Assembly: GCA_038087875.1 (NCBI GenBank) | Contig: CM075988.1 | Coordinates: 7,008,001-7,072,000 of the forward strand | DNA length: 64,000 nt | From: Malacoraja senta | Taxonomy: Eukaryota | Direction of reading: 5' to 3' | Shown: positions 1 through 12,789 of the stretch, piece after piece | Numbering within the stretch: the stretch's first letter is position 1 | How the letters are laid out: each line of letters starts with the position of its first letter | Program-made: the position numbers and the translations under genes | Notes under the pieces: generated by a model | Seen by the model: the letters and a program-made list of their open reading frames with translations, nothing else | Database searches by the model: none | What the model was told of the DNA's origin: nothing

Positions 1-328
1 CCCCACTCCCTGCCATGGATGCCCTCCACCGAAAACGGTGTCTGAAACGGGCTGGGAAGATCATTAAAGACCCCTCCCACCCCAACCATGGACTGTTTGC
101 CCTCCTCCCATGCTGAACTCGGAGTCCCGCCGATAGATTCCTCCGGTCCCTCCGTCCCCATTGTTAATTATTCTGTATTTTTGATTATTCTGTATCCTCT
201 TTTTTTTTAAATTTCTATATTGCACTACTACTACGGACTGACGCAAAACTGCATTTCGTTGTACCCATACTCAGTATTTGTGCAATGACATTAAAGTTGA
301 ATTGAATTGAATTGAATTGAATTGAATT
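1..328 (+). mobile_element. 3' end of a Rex1/Babar-type LINE with (GAATT)n tail
   Basis: Encodes the RT C-terminal motif IIKDPSHPNHGLFALLP, as in the copies at 7529 and 15583. Ends in a stem-loop, ATGACATTAAA and (GAATT)n at about 299-328. Confidence 0.75.
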
Positions 329-679
329 AAGTTTACTTCCAACTACTATATAAATGTATGTGTTTCTCTCTATACCATTCTTTTATTGGATGAAATAAAT
401 ATTTTCTCATCTCCCCTCAAATCCTTCTACCAATTACTTTAAATCTTTGCCTTTGATATTTGTCCCCTCAACAACAGAAAATTCTATTTTAGACCCTCTT
501 TACAGTACCTCTCAGTTAAATCCCCACTCAGCATTATCTGTTCCAAAGAAGACATGCTTAGCGTATCTATCCTTTCCCATAACCTTTGCAGGGTTTTGAT
601 TCGAAATGTTGACTATCCCTCTAACTTCCGAGACGCTGCCTGACCCGCTGAGTTCCCCCAGCTGTTTGTTTGTTGCGAA

Positions 680-890
680 GGTAGACACAAAATGTTGGAG
701 TAACTCAATGGGACAGGCAACATCTCTGGAGAGAAGGAATGGATAACGTTTCGGGTCGAGACCCTTCTTCAGAATAGGAAACATCACCCATTCCTTCTCT
801 CCAGAGATGCTGCCTGTCCCGCTGAGTTACTCCAGCATTTTGAGTCTAGCTTTGATTTAAACCAGCATCTGCAGTTCTTTCCTACACTGT
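680..890. mobile_element. Palindromic Penelope-like terminal-repeat element with hammerhead motif
   Basis: Inverted arms GTAGACACAAAATG..GGAGTAACTCA / TGAGTTACTCCAGCATTTTG. Minus strand 772-745 reads CTGAAGAAGGGTCTCGACCCGAAACGTT. Confidence 0.7.
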
Positions 891-1219
891 TTGCTGCTCA
901 TGTTTCCAACATCTGCTGCCTCTTGTGCCACCTCTCCCTTAACTAGTTTGCTATGCTAGCAACATCCTCATAAATCTCCTCTGTGTCGTCGAGTGTTTCA
1001 AATAATATGGTGATCAGAACAGTACACTGTACTCAATTGCGATCAATCTATCATGGTATGGAGTTCTGGTATCACTTCCCAGTTCTTTTTATCCTCCATA
1101 AGACTTTTTAACCACTTTGTTGACCCTTCATACAACAGGACTTACGTCAAAGATCCCTTTGCTTTATGCTCAACAACCCCCATTTTACTATCATACCAGT
1201 AAATCTCTTCAGAACCTGA

Positions 1220-1495
1220 TTCTATCAACTGACATCTATCATAAACCTACTGAATCCCACAGCTATCTAGACTACACTTCCTCCCACCCTGCCTCCTGCA
1301 AAGACTCTACCCCCCTACTCCCAATTCCTCCGTCTACGCTGCATCTGCGCCCAAGATGGGGTGTTCCATAACAGGACATCTGAGATGTCCTCATTCCTTC
1401 GGGATCAGGGCTTCCCCTCGTCCATCATAGATGAGGCCCTCACAAGGGTCTCCTCGATATCTCGCTGCTCCGCTCTTGCTTCTCCTCCCCCAGTC
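1220..1495 (+). mobile_element. Penelope-like element RT C-terminal fragment
   Basis: Translates as LSTDIYHKPTESHSYLDYTSSHPASCKDS, a typical PLE RT thumb region; frameshifted. Confidence 0.75.
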
Positions 1496-2019
1496 AACAA
1501 ACTATTAGCACATCTGAAACAAATGTGAGCATACCACAGGATACGCATGTCAAAGTTATGGTCTTGTCTGTATTCATTTCACAAACATTATGAAAGAATA
1601 AGTAAGCACAATTTACTTTTCAATTCATATTCCTAGAAGCAAGCACAGATAATGTAGCATTGTGATGCAGACAGTTTTAATGGACATAATCTCCATTAAC
1701 ACACTTTTTTCTTTTAATATATTTAAGAAACTTTAGCTATAAACTTTAATTAGCCAAAAGAAAACTTTTGACATTTTTACACATCTGACTTTTTTATAGC
1801 TCTCCTGGCCTGCTGCTTTTCTACTTATTCTTGCGATTCATCCAACATTTTCAGCATTATGTCCTCTTCATTGGCAATAGTTGCATAACTCTGCACATTA
1901 TTTCTTATCCTTTTTGGAGTCGGTCTATAGGAAAGATGCCTTTAAGCTGGGAAAAATGCAGAGAAAATTTTCGATATTGCCAAACTCAAGGGCCTGAGCT
2001 ACTGGGCGCACTTGAGCAG

Positions 2020-2480
2020 GCTAGGACTTTATTCCTTGGAGTGCAGGAGGCTGAGAGGTGATCTTACAGAGGTGTGTAAAAGCATGAGCAGACTGCACAA
2101 AGTGCTTTTCAAAGAGTAGGGAAATCAAGAACTAGAGGGCATACGATTAAGGTGAGAGAGCAAAAATTGTAAAGGAACCTGAAGGACAGCTTTTTCACCA
2201 CGAGGCAGTTTGAATAACATTCAGTCTGAAGAAGGGTTTCAGCCCGAAACGTTGCCTATTTCCTTCGCTCCATGGATGGTGCTGCACCCGCTGAGTTTCT
2301 CCAGCACTTTTGTCTACCTGCAGTTTGAATAACGACCTTTAAAAGACATTTGGACATGTACATGTATAGGAAAGATAGAGGGATATTGGTCAAAACAATG
2401 GGATTAGCTTAGATGGGGTAACTTGGTCTACATGGATGAGTTGGGTCGTAGGGCCTGTTTCTGTGCTATATGACTATAAT
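2020..2480 (+). mobile_element. CR1/HER1 LINE 3' fragment interrupted by a PLE hammerhead-bearing repeat (about 2221-2320)
   Basis: CR1 3' motifs (AGGCTGAGAGGTGATCTTA..., GGGCCTGTTTCTGTGCTATATGACT). CTGAAGAAGGGTTTCAGCCCGAAACGTT at 2226-2253. Confidence 0.7.
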
Positions 2481-2649
2481 GCTACAAGGTGCGGGCTGTA
2501 TTGTAACAAATATTTTGATTATCATTTCACACTTTTGAAATTTAGGTTTAGTCATTAGCAATTTAGCCAGATAACATCATTTTTATTCTAGTCTGTAAAA
2601 GTTTGCTTTAAAATATTAATTTATAGTTCTTCATCTTCCCTTACACATT

Positions 2650-2970
2650 CGGTTATATAGAGTCACAGCTTGGAAACAGGACCTTTGGCACAACTTGCCC
2701 ATGCCAACCAAGATGCCCCAACTATACCAGCTCCACCTGCCCATATTTGGCTCATATCCCGCTAAATCTTTCCTATCCATGTACCTGTCCAAATGTCTTA
2801 TACATTTTGTTATAGTGCCTGCCTCAAAAAAACTCATCTGGCAGCTCATTTCATATATCTACCACCCTCTGGGTGGGAAAAATTGTCCCTCAAGTTCCTA
2901 TTAAATATTTTTCCTCTCATCTTAAATGATTATCCTCTGTTTCTTGATCCCCTTCTCTGGGTAAAAGGCT
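2650..2970 (-). mobile_element. CR1/HER1 LINE 3' fragment
   Basis: Reverse complement of the CR1 3' end seen at 63575-63990. Confidence 0.7.
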
Positions 2971-5900
2971 GTTCATCTTCATCACTATTTGCCAGAGTAT
3001 TTATTATTTTTGGACTGTTAACTAATCTTTGTTATTTGTCTCTAAATAGGGTATCGCTGGTTCCACTGTCATTTTCAAAATTCAGAAGTAGAATACTAAT
3101 ATTTCCCAGAAAATCATTTCTTATTGTATACAATACAATGCCTTTGCTGGAACTCCACACAAATTAGCAGTGGACTCATCCACATTCTTGCACACTTTGC
3201 AGGAACTCTTGAGCATTCTCTAAATACCTCTTTATTATTGCCCAGTAATATCTTACTGAACTATCTCAGAACATTTTTATGTTGAAGGTGTTATATACAT
3301 TCTAGGTATTGTTAATGTTATTCTTTATGAGCATGAGCCCCAACCTTTCATTTTGAATTTCATTAATCCCTACAATACCATCTTCCAAGTCTACATATTT
3401 CCTACTTTGGATTCGGCTGAAAAACAAAGTCATTGAAGCCCCTTGGTTATTCAGAGATTAATGAGCCTTTCATCAGCAATCTGTCCAATTACTAACCAAG
3501 AGTTTGAAAAGATTGGGAATCAGCACTGAGCAGTCAGGGAGAAAATATAATTTACTTCTCCATTGCTTGATATTTGAAACTTGCATTACGAAAATTGAAT
3601 AGCAACATCTTTGACTGCCTACACTCCACTCATTCTGGTAATAAGTGTATGGCAACTAACAGTTGTGCATTTTGTGGCAGGAATGTGTTCTTCTTTTGAA
3701 TAGGCTTACTTGAGCATAATGGAATCAGGGTCAACGTTTGATCCTACAACAGATTTGTAGTAACAAGGTTTCACTGTGTTGTGTGTTATGCAACGTTGAT
3801 TGGCACAGAACACAAAACGAGTGGTACAGGAACTTATTGAGGTCAAGAACTAAGGGCTCCAAAACACTACCTGCCAAAATGAAAGACTTATTTGTTGCTT
3901 TTGATCTTCTATTTGAATGTTTAACCAATATAAAATACCTCCTTTGGTCAAGGCACATGCTTCTATCTATATTTTAGAAATAAACTGAGAGAATCCATGT
4001 TCTGACACCTCACCATGACTTCAACTTTTTTGTGAGACGGCTTTCTGTGTTCAAAAGAGGGCAAATATTTATTTTGTGATCTAGAGCTGAGCACGAATAA
4101 AGAAGTAAAGAAAAGGCACATGGGGTTCCCATAGTGATACAATGTCTGTTCATTTTAATGAGGGGCCAATGACTTGAAGAGGGGGAAGAATGAGCAGGGT
4201 GGAAATGTCTTTGGCAAGAAAGTAATTCATCTTTTAGGAAAAGAGGTAAAACATTATATACTTGAAGTCCCATCTGCAAACAATATCTACATATACAAAC
4301 CACAAATTATTAAATCACAGCCAAGCAATTGCAGGCCTCAATTAACAAGGAGTTACTTTCAAATCATTACAGTTATGACTGCAGGTTTTACTAAACTCTT
4401 CAAGGGAAGGTTTAAAATTGAAAATTGACTTGAAGTTGGCTCTGTCGGTATCTTGTCATTTAACATTAAAGGAATACATTGCTGTGTTGGTTTAACTGTC
4501 ACTATCTATCATGGATATACTTCCAAACAGAAAAAGGGTGGGACTTCCAAATCTAGAGCCCCCGGGATTACAAACTGTCTACTGGATAAAGAAGCTGATG
4601 CGAGATACCAATGCATCAGAAATCCTAGAGGAATACAGATAGAATAAGATTTTTTTAAAATCTAGAAAAAGGGACCGTGCATGAAAACCTATTAAAATCA
4701 AATACAGCCCCACCACCGATTTTCCAGTAACTGGTGATCTGGCACCTCCTTTCATCCAGTCAAAATTACGAGAGCACACTTGAAAACCCCCTGGACAACC
4801 CCTGAATATGTGGTGCTTAGGCCGGGTGAGGCGACCAATCTTGAGCTCATCAGGACCTCCGTGGCTGATCACCGGATCAAATTCGCTCTGGAACTGAGCC
4901 GCAGTCTGGCCATAGCTGGTGGATCTGTTCCCATAGCCGACTTCAGAGGCCGACTTTGCGCACAACCTAGGCCCCCCAACCCCCTCCCTCCAGACAACCT
5001 AAGTTGTCTAATCTGGCCCTCATTGCGACTACCAAGGGCAACTCGTTAACAGGCGCCTTGGCTGCCTGCGCAAGAAATCCAAGTTTCGCTTCAAAATTAG
5101 TTTACATTGAATATTTGTTTTATTTAAGTTTCTAGCAGTCCATGGTGCTTTTGAGACATGGGAGGGGTATAATTAGTGGGTCAGAGGTGTATGGTTGTAT
5201 CAATATTACGTGACCTCTGTTGGTCCGACAAAACACTTAATACTCAAGGCTTTGGAAGCAAGAGTGCTGGAAAATCAGTTATGGACCTGTACAAGCAACT
5301 ATAGTTCTAGCAATTATTTCAATCAATATTTCTCGGCTGCAAATGTAATTTAATCAGGAAGCTTACAACTTGGACCACAAATAAATATTTTCGGAGTGGA
5401 AACTTTGTTGCCAGGTACTGCTTATGGAGGTTGGGATTGTAAATTGGGATTGTAGGTCCTGGATACAGGGTTTACGTAGAGGCTTCCGGAAGGTGGAGTA
5501 GAGTAGAAGAAATCAGAAGAGGCGTTATTTTCAGTGGGATGTACAATGCAATGGGTAGAGTGGGACAAGAGTTTATTGAATAAAGTGATTACATGGCATC
5601 AGATTGGAGTCGTTAGTGGGTGTGGGTGTGAGAGGAGGGTATGTGGGTCACTGTGGTGTCAAGAGGAGGCCTGCATGGTAAAGGTAGGTGACTTACCTGA
5701 CAGGTGTCCCAATCTGATGCTATGCTGGTGAAACCATTTTACACAGACTAACAATAAATGATTTCAAGATAATGTGACCCACATTCTCTCTAATGCCCTG
5801 GTGTCTCACACCAGCAGATGCTCTAATGAATTTTCCCAGAGTAATAAAACTCATTCAGAAATGGTTTCACACCAGAAATAAATTATTTTCAATTGAGTAA

Positions 5901-6782
5901 TGCTGAAAAATATACATTGAAATTTCTAGGCAAATAGCTCTCATTAATCATTACAACTTTTGCTCAACTTTTTCTTAATTTAATAAAACTAAGGCAGGGA
6001 TGGCATTCAAATGCTTGAAACAAGGTATTTGAGTCAAATGCTATGTTACTTCAATTGCAAGCTACCATCAGCACCATCTCTGCCATGTAATAGTTTTTAC
6101 TGGGTCAGACGCATAGAGATTGGGGGTGCCAAGTATGTTACTTACTACTTTAATTTTGTTCCTTTCCAGATTAATATTTATGGAGACCATAAAATAACTG
6201 GGAATTAATCTGTCCTATACATCCTATAAACAGAGGACAAATATAGTCTGTTGACTACTGCCTATTTTTCAGCTAAATATGCAAAATTCAGCAAACAAAC
6301 ATGAAAGATTAATCACAATAGCTTAGTAGCAATTATATAGTTCTTAAATTTTTTACAAGAAAAATATGATAAAAACAAGATCAGTAACTGTACGTTTGAT
6401 ACTTGGGAACAATTGTCTTGCAGCACTGAATTTCTGTTCATGAATGCCCACAGTGACATCTGACTTACAATGGCTTTGTAATATAAAATTGATCACGAAG
6501 CACTGTACTTCATGTACTCCTGGGTGAAGGGCGGCTGATTATCAGGATTCCCATTCATTGCTCTAAAATAATTTTCAGCGTCAGGTTCAATATCAGGTTG
6601 AACTCTGGAGGGCAGTATGATACCAAGGACATGGACAAATATTTTATCAGTATTATCGTTTTACTGGGGGAAAATAATGAAATTCTAAAATCAAAAGTAG
6701 AAACTAATATGTTGCAGGTCTGTCTCTGTAAATTGATGTCTTAAGTTATGTGATACATTTTTATACTTTAGATGCATTGTTA

Positions 6783-7068
6783 AGCCCCTGTCCTACGATG
6801 TGAGTTTACCCAAGAGCTCTCCTGAGTTAAAAAAAAAAATCAAACTCGTGGTAAGTTCATCACGAGTATATTTTTACTCTTGGACATATTTCAGTGTTGA
6901 AAAAACTTCACGAGTTACCGCGTTTCCCGAGTACCTGCCATTAGCATTACGAGCCGCCACGAGACATCCAAGAGCTTCTCCGTACCCACTACGTACATTC
7001 TACGTACTTACCATGAGTTTGATTTTTTTAAAACTCGGGAGGGCTCTTGGGTCATGTGGATAGGGGCT
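6783..7068. mobile_element. PIF/Harbinger-type MITE
   Basis: TIRs AGCCCCTGTCC.../...GGATAGGGGCT with long imperfect subterminal inverted repeats. TTA on both flanks (6780-6782, 7069-7071). Confidence 0.75.
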
Positions 7069-7374
7069 TTATCATGCTTGGATTATAATAAAAGCGTAAT
7101 AATTACCTGCCTCAGAAGGGAACATAAAATTGACAGAACTCCCAAGACATTTTACATTTTAAGCATCCATTCTCCTCATCCACTTCTCCTTTCCTCCCCC
7201 CTCCCCATTCCGGAGGAATAGCACCTTATATTCCGCTCGGGTAGCTTACAACCCAACGATGCGAACCTAAACATGTTCTCCTAAGATCCCATCAGAGATG
7301 AATGTTCTTCATAGATACATTCAGTTTAAACTCAAGTACAATAGGTAGAGCAAAGGGGATGGTACAGAGTGCAG

Positions 7375-9190
7375 AGGATGAGGGGGGGACCTCATTGAAA
7401 CTTACCGAATAGCAAAAGGCCTGGATAGAGTGAATGTGGGGAGGATGTTTCCACTAGTGGGAGAGTCTAGGACCAGAGGCCACAGCATCAGAACAAAAGG
7501 ACACACCTTTAGAAAGCAAATGAGAAGATCCATCATTGTACCTGTACCAAAAAATGCCTCCCCAGCTTGTCTGAATGACTACCGTCCGGTGGCCCTCACA
7601 TCGGTAGTCATAAAATGCTTTGAGAGGTTGGTCAAGAAACACATCTGCGCCTTCCTCCCTCGCAACATGGACCCGCTACAATTCGCATACAGTCCAAACA
7701 GATCCACGGACGATGCAGTCTCCCAGGTTCTGCACACCGCTCTCTCTCACCTTGATAGCCAGACGGGGGGCTATGTGAGGATGCTGTTCATTGACTTCAG
7801 TTCAGCCTTCAACACGATAGTCCCCACCAGACTAGCGAGAAGCTGCTGGAATTGGGGCTCAACACCCTTGTGTGTGCCTGGGTCCTGGACTTTCTCACCG
7901 CCAGGCACCAGGCAGTCAAGATGGGAGGAAATACATCAAAGTCCCTCACCCTGAGCACAGGATCCCCCCAGGGTTGCGTCCTCAGCCCCCTACTATTCTC
8001 CCTGTACACACATGACTGTGTGGCTAGGTTCAGCTCCAACTCTATAATCAAGTTTGCTGATGACACTGTGGTGGTGGGCCTGATCTCTGATAACGATGAG
8101 AAGGCCTACCGGGAGGAGGTGGCTGATCTGGCACTCTGGTGTCAGAACAACAGCCTCCTCTTGAATGTCAAAAAAACTAAGGAGCTGATCGTGGACTTTA
8201 GGATGGCACAACATCCGAGGACGTACACACCATTGAAGATAAATGGGGATACTGCGGATAGGGTGAGCTGCTTTAAATACCTGGGAGTCCACATCTCAGA
8301 GGATCTGACATGGACATCACACACAGCAGCACTGGTGAGTAAGGCAAGGCAGCGCCTTTACCACCTCAGGCAATTGAGGAAATTCAGAGTGTCTTTGAGG
8401 ATCCTCCAGTGCTTCTACTCAGCGGCTGTGGAAAGCATCTTGGTTTCCAATTTGGTTTGGGAACTGCTCTGCCCAGGACAAGAAGGCTCTGCAGAGAATA
8501 GTGCGTTCGGCCAAACGCACTACGGAAACTACACTCGCCCCCCTGCAGGAACTATACATCAGAAGGTGCAACTCCAGAGCCAACAAGATCATGGGAGACC
8601 CCTTCCACCCCAGCAACAGACTGTTCAGCTGCTACGGTCAGGCAAACGCCTCCGTTGCCATGCTGTGAAAACGGAGAGGATGAGAAGGAGTTTCTTCCCA
8701 GCGGCCATTAGAACTGTAAACTCCTATCTCACCAGGGACTAACTTTACTGTACCAATTTACTGTTGTTTGGTGTCTTTTTAAAATTGCTGTTTTTTCTTT
8801 TTTTTTCCTCCCACAAATATGTAATATGTGAATATGTGATTCTGTTCCATTCTGTTTTGATGGTTTTTTGCACAATCCACAGGCATTGCCACTTTTCATT
8901 TCATTGCACATCTCGTATGTGTATGTGACGAATAAACTTGACTTGACTTGACTTGATTTCTTTAGTCATAGGGTAGTGAAGACCTCATTGCCACAGACGG
9001 CTGTGGAGGCCAGGTCAATGGATATTTTTAAGGTGGAGATCGACAGATTCTTGATTACAAAGGGTGTCAGGGGTTATGAGGCAAAGGCAGGAGAATGGGG
9101 TTGAGAGGGAAAGATTGATCAGCATGATTGAATGGCGTAGTAGAATTGATGGGCCGAATGGCCTAATTCTGCTCCTAGAACTTATGAACT
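7375..9190 (+). mobile_element. CR1/HER1 3' fragment split by the Rex1 insertion
   Basis: CR1 sequence stops at ...GCAAATGAGAAGA (7528), resumes at TTTCTTTAGTCATAGGG (8957) and ends GGCCTAATTCTGCTCCT. Confidence 0.75.
7529..8956 (+). mobile_element. 5'-truncated, frameshifted Rex1/Babar LINE (RT domain)
   Basis: ORFs 7430-7954 and 7852-8742 contain [29 protein letters not shown] and KFADD. Ends AATAAA plus (CTTGA)n. Confidence 0.9.
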
Positions 9191-9204
9191 GCCCATCGAG
9201 CAGT

Positions 9205-9508
9205 TACAGTGGCACAGCGGTAGAGTTGCTGCCTTACAGCAAATGCAGCGCCGGAGACCTGGGTTCGATCCCGATTACGGGGTCTGTCTGTATGGTGTTT
9301 GCACGTTCTCCCCATGGGTTTTCTCCGAGATCTTCGGTTTACTCCTACATTCCAAATTGTACAGGTTTGCAGGTTAATTGGCTTGGTAAATGTAAAAATT
9401 GTCCCTAGTGGGTGTAGAATAGTGTTAATGTGCGGGGATCGCTGGTCGTCGTGGACCCGGTGGGCTGAAGGGCCTGTTTCCGTGCTGCATCTCTAAACTA
9501 AACTAAAC
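9205..9508 (+). mobile_element. HE1-type V-SINE (tRNA-derived)
   Basis: A box TGGCACAGCGG, B box GGTTCGATCCC, V-domain-like core, CR1-like 3' end and (CTAAA)n tail. Confidence 0.8.
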
Positions 9509-9809
9509 TTATGAATATAGTTCCCATAATAGGGCGCAAATGTCCCTTGAACAAATCATTCTAAAAAAACATAATCATACTAATTCTGCCCCTTGAACTT
9601 AATAACAGTTCCCATAATAGTGGCCTAATTCTGTCCCTAGAATTTTTGAACATAGTTCCCATAATAACGTAATTGTCCCTTGAACAAATCATTCTGAAAA
9701 AAATATTAATAATAGTCTTCAGGATATGATGGAAATGTGCCAGCATTAATAAAGAGAAGACGATTTGATGATTATTACCATTTGGTTGAAGTTCCTTTAA
9801 CAAGTCTTC

Positions 9810-10340
9810 CTATACCAAGATGGCGGCGGGACGGTTTGAAGGGAGCTGTGGGCGGGATCTCGGGCGGCTGTTCTCACGCTGTGGGCTGAGCGAGCGAGTG
9901 GCGGTTGGTGCGAGCCGTTGCCGCGGCGACAGACGGCGCTCACTCAGAGGTTCCCCAGCCGGCGGGCGGGCGACACGGTGATGCCTCGGATAACGCGCTG
10001 CGGGCCGCCGCCGCCGCTACCAGGCCCGGCCCACCGCCACCCACACCGCCGCTCCCGCACCGCCAGGGTGCTGGCCGAGAGGAACCAGGCCGTGGTGCCG
10101 GTGGGAGCCTGGGTGGAGAGCGCCAGGGACGGACCCGACGAGCAGCACCCGGCGTTTGTGAGTAGCGGGACCCGATGTAGTGGGCGGTGGGTAGCGGGCA
10201 GCCCGGTGCCTGTAGCGGAGGGAGCCGAAGTCGGGGTTAACGCAGCCCCATCCCCCAGACCTGATCGGAGCGTTGGTTTGATGTTTCCATGCACACGTCC
10301 TGCAGCGCAGAAACGGCCCCATCGGCCCTCCGCGTCCATG
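9810..10340 (+). promoter_or_regulatory. CpG island / CCDC15 promoter with YY1 motif
   Basis: Sharp switch to GC- and CpG-rich sequence. Perfect YY1 consensus CAAGATGGCGGC at 9816-9827; GGGCGG boxes. Confidence 0.8.
9981..10157 (+). CDS. CCDC15: CCDC15 coding exon 1
   Basis: MPRITRCG...VLAERNQAVVPVGAWVESARDGPDEQHPAF matches the recalled human VLAERNEAIVPVGAWVE. Donor GTGAGT at 10158, phase 0. The start codon is inferred. Confidence 0.88.
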
Positions 10341-10589
10341 CTGGCCCTTTTGCCCACCCACATTGATTCCTCTTGCCTGCATTAGGAGCCGTGTCCTATA
10401 TTCCATTACCTGTCTAATAGCCTCTTAAACATGCCTGACTCCATCATCATCTCCCCCCCCCCCCCCAAAATCTTTCAAAAATCTTCAGAAACTAGTTACT
10501 CTCACCTTAAACTGATGCCCTTTTAATCCCTACTATGGGGAAAAGGAATATGCCTATCTTCCCATATAGAGGCATACCCTATTTATGCC

Positions 10590-11465
10590 TACATGTGTAA
10601 GAAGGAACTGCAGATGCTGGTTTACATTGAAGATAGACACAAAATGCTGGAGTAACTCGTGGGCGGGCAGCATCTCTGGAGAGAAGGAATGGGTGGCGTT
10701 TTGGGTCGAGACCCTTCAGACTGAGTCAGGGGAGAGGGAGACACAGATAAGGAAGTGTAAGGTGTGAAAATGAGGTATCAAAGGGGTTGCCGATCAAGGA
10801 AAATGTAGGATAGTTCATCGTTAGCAAGAAGAAGGTGACGACAAAGCATTCAGAGATAACATTTAATCAGACGGTAGACAAAAAATGCCGGAGACACGCA
10901 GCGGGTGAGGCATCATTTATGGAGAAGGGTCTCGACCCGAAACGTTGCCAATTCCTTCTCTCCATAGATGTTGCCTCACCTGCTGAGTTTCTCCAGCATT
11001 TATTGTCTTGTTTGTTCCAGCATTTGCAGTTCTTTCTTAAACATTTAATTAGACGGACAGTCAGACTTGTCGGAGAATTAGGAAGGGGGAGGGATGGAGA
11101 AAGAGGGAAAGCAAGGGTTACTTGAAGTTAGAGAAGTCAATATTCATACTGCTGGGGTGTAAGCTGCCCAAGCAAAATATGATGTACTGTTCTTCCAATT
11201 TGTGCTGGACCTCACTCTGACAGTGGAGGAGGCCCAGGAGAGAAAGGTCAGTGTGGGAATGGGAGGAAGAGTTAAAATGTTTAGGACTGGAAGATCAGGT
11301 AGCTTTAGGCAGATTGAGCGGAGGTGTTCAGCGAAATGATCGCCGAGCCGATATATTGGAGTCCACACCTGGAACAGTGGATGAGGTTGGAGGAGGTGCA
11401 AGTGAACCTCTGCCTCGCCTCAAAAGACTGTTGGGGTCCTTGGATGGAGTCGAGGGAGGGGGGTA
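10590..11465 (-). mobile_element. Penelope-like 3' region (GIY-YIG end plus terminal repeat) with nested palindromic repeat
   Basis: Minus-strand IYRLGDHFAEHLRSI motif (ORF 11144-11401). Same terminal repeat as at 680, 24260 and 39330. Confidence 0.7.
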
Positions 11466-11571
11466 TAGGGACTATGTGTCACCCCTCAGCCTCCTTTGCT
11501 CCAGAAAAAACAAGTGCAGCTGATCGATTCGCTCCTCTGGAATACATCTCGGTGGGGGGGGAGGGCGGGAG

Positions 11572-11880
11572 GGCACGGCATGGTGCACTAGCGCAGCAGT
11601 AGAGTTTCTGCTTTGCAGAACCAGAGACCCAGGTTTTGATCCTGACCATGGGTGCTGTCTGTAGGGAGTTTGTATGTTCTCCTGTGTGGGTTTTCTCTGG
11701 GTGACCTTGTCTAATCTAATCTGGGATCTCTGGTTTTTTCTCACACACCAAAAATGTACAGATTTGTAGGTTAATTGGCTTGGTATCATTGTAAATTGTC
11801 CCTAGTGTGGGAATCGTTGGTCGGCCTGAACTCGGTGGGCCGAAGGGCCTGTTTTCACACTATCTCTAAACTAAACTAAA
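11572..11880 (+). mobile_element. HE1-type V-SINE
   Basis: Homologous to 9205-9508; (CTAAA)n tail. Confidence 0.75.
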
Positions 11881-12789
11881 TTTAGACAAGAAGGATGCCT
11901 ATGTCGGACTCCTGTTTATTGACTATAGCCTTCAACAGCTTAATCCTATGCAAACCCATCTCCATATCCTACACCTAGGAGTCAGCACCCCAACTCTGCC
12001 AGTGAATCCTCGACCTTCTGACCCACATACCACAATCAATGAGGATAGTTGTCAACAGATCCTCCACAATAATTTGTGTTTAGGTTTATGATATTGTGTA
12101 CCTTCAAGGTATAGTGAAAAGCTTTGTTTGTGCTGAAGTGGAAATAGTTGAGACCTTCAAGTTCCTTGATGTAAATATTATCAACGATCTGCTTTCATTG
12201 AAGCGACAGCGAAGAAGAAGGTGCAATGCCTCTAATTCCTCAGGAGTGAGGATATTCAACATGCCTCCAATGACTTACAAACTTCTGCAGATGCACTTTA
12301 TTCACATGACAGTGCTGTGTTGCACTTAATAATGAGTCAGCAGTGGCACAGAAAGTTAGATGCATCGGTATCCGACTTCCAGGTTGCTTTATATGCATTT
12401 GACTGAGTGCACAGTGATCAAAATGGAACTAGAGAGCTTGGGTTATCATTCATTTTCACTCAGCCAAATATCTCCTATTTCATTTCAATAAAATAGGTAT
12501 TTGGCCCAATGGAGCTAGTTTCACATAGGATGGTGCAGTTAGCTAGACAATCTGCTGTTTTCTATAATTCTACAGATATTGATTTGTATTTTCAGTTTTT
12601 AAATAGAGCTCTTAAAAATATTTTTTTAAAGTAGAGCTCTCATTATTAAGGTGCAAGGTTCCCACTTGCTTTAAAAGGATAGTAATACCAATGTCCAAGA
12701 GGAGTAAGGTGACATGCATCAATGACTACTGAATGTGGCATTAACATCCCTGTTTATGTAGTGTTTTGAGAGGTTGGTTATGACGTATA

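Noticed and set aside
4735..5070. GC-rich island resembling a DNA transposon end
   Set aside because: No matching TIR pair or TSD could be established.
3700..6670. Minus-strand acceptor/donor pairs (about 6663-6469 and 3870-3710) suggesting a divergent gene such as HEPACAM
   Set aside because: All frames contain stops and no protein is recognisable. A spliced lncRNA cannot be supported without RNA data.
9205..9275. tRNA-like A/B boxes
   Set aside because: This is the head of a V-SINE, not a tRNA gene; the same applies near 11580, 39050 and 42900.
9905..10406. Overlapping GC-rich ORFs on both strands
   Set aside because: By-product of CpG-island composition. Only the 9981-10157 frame matches CCDC15 and ends at a donor.
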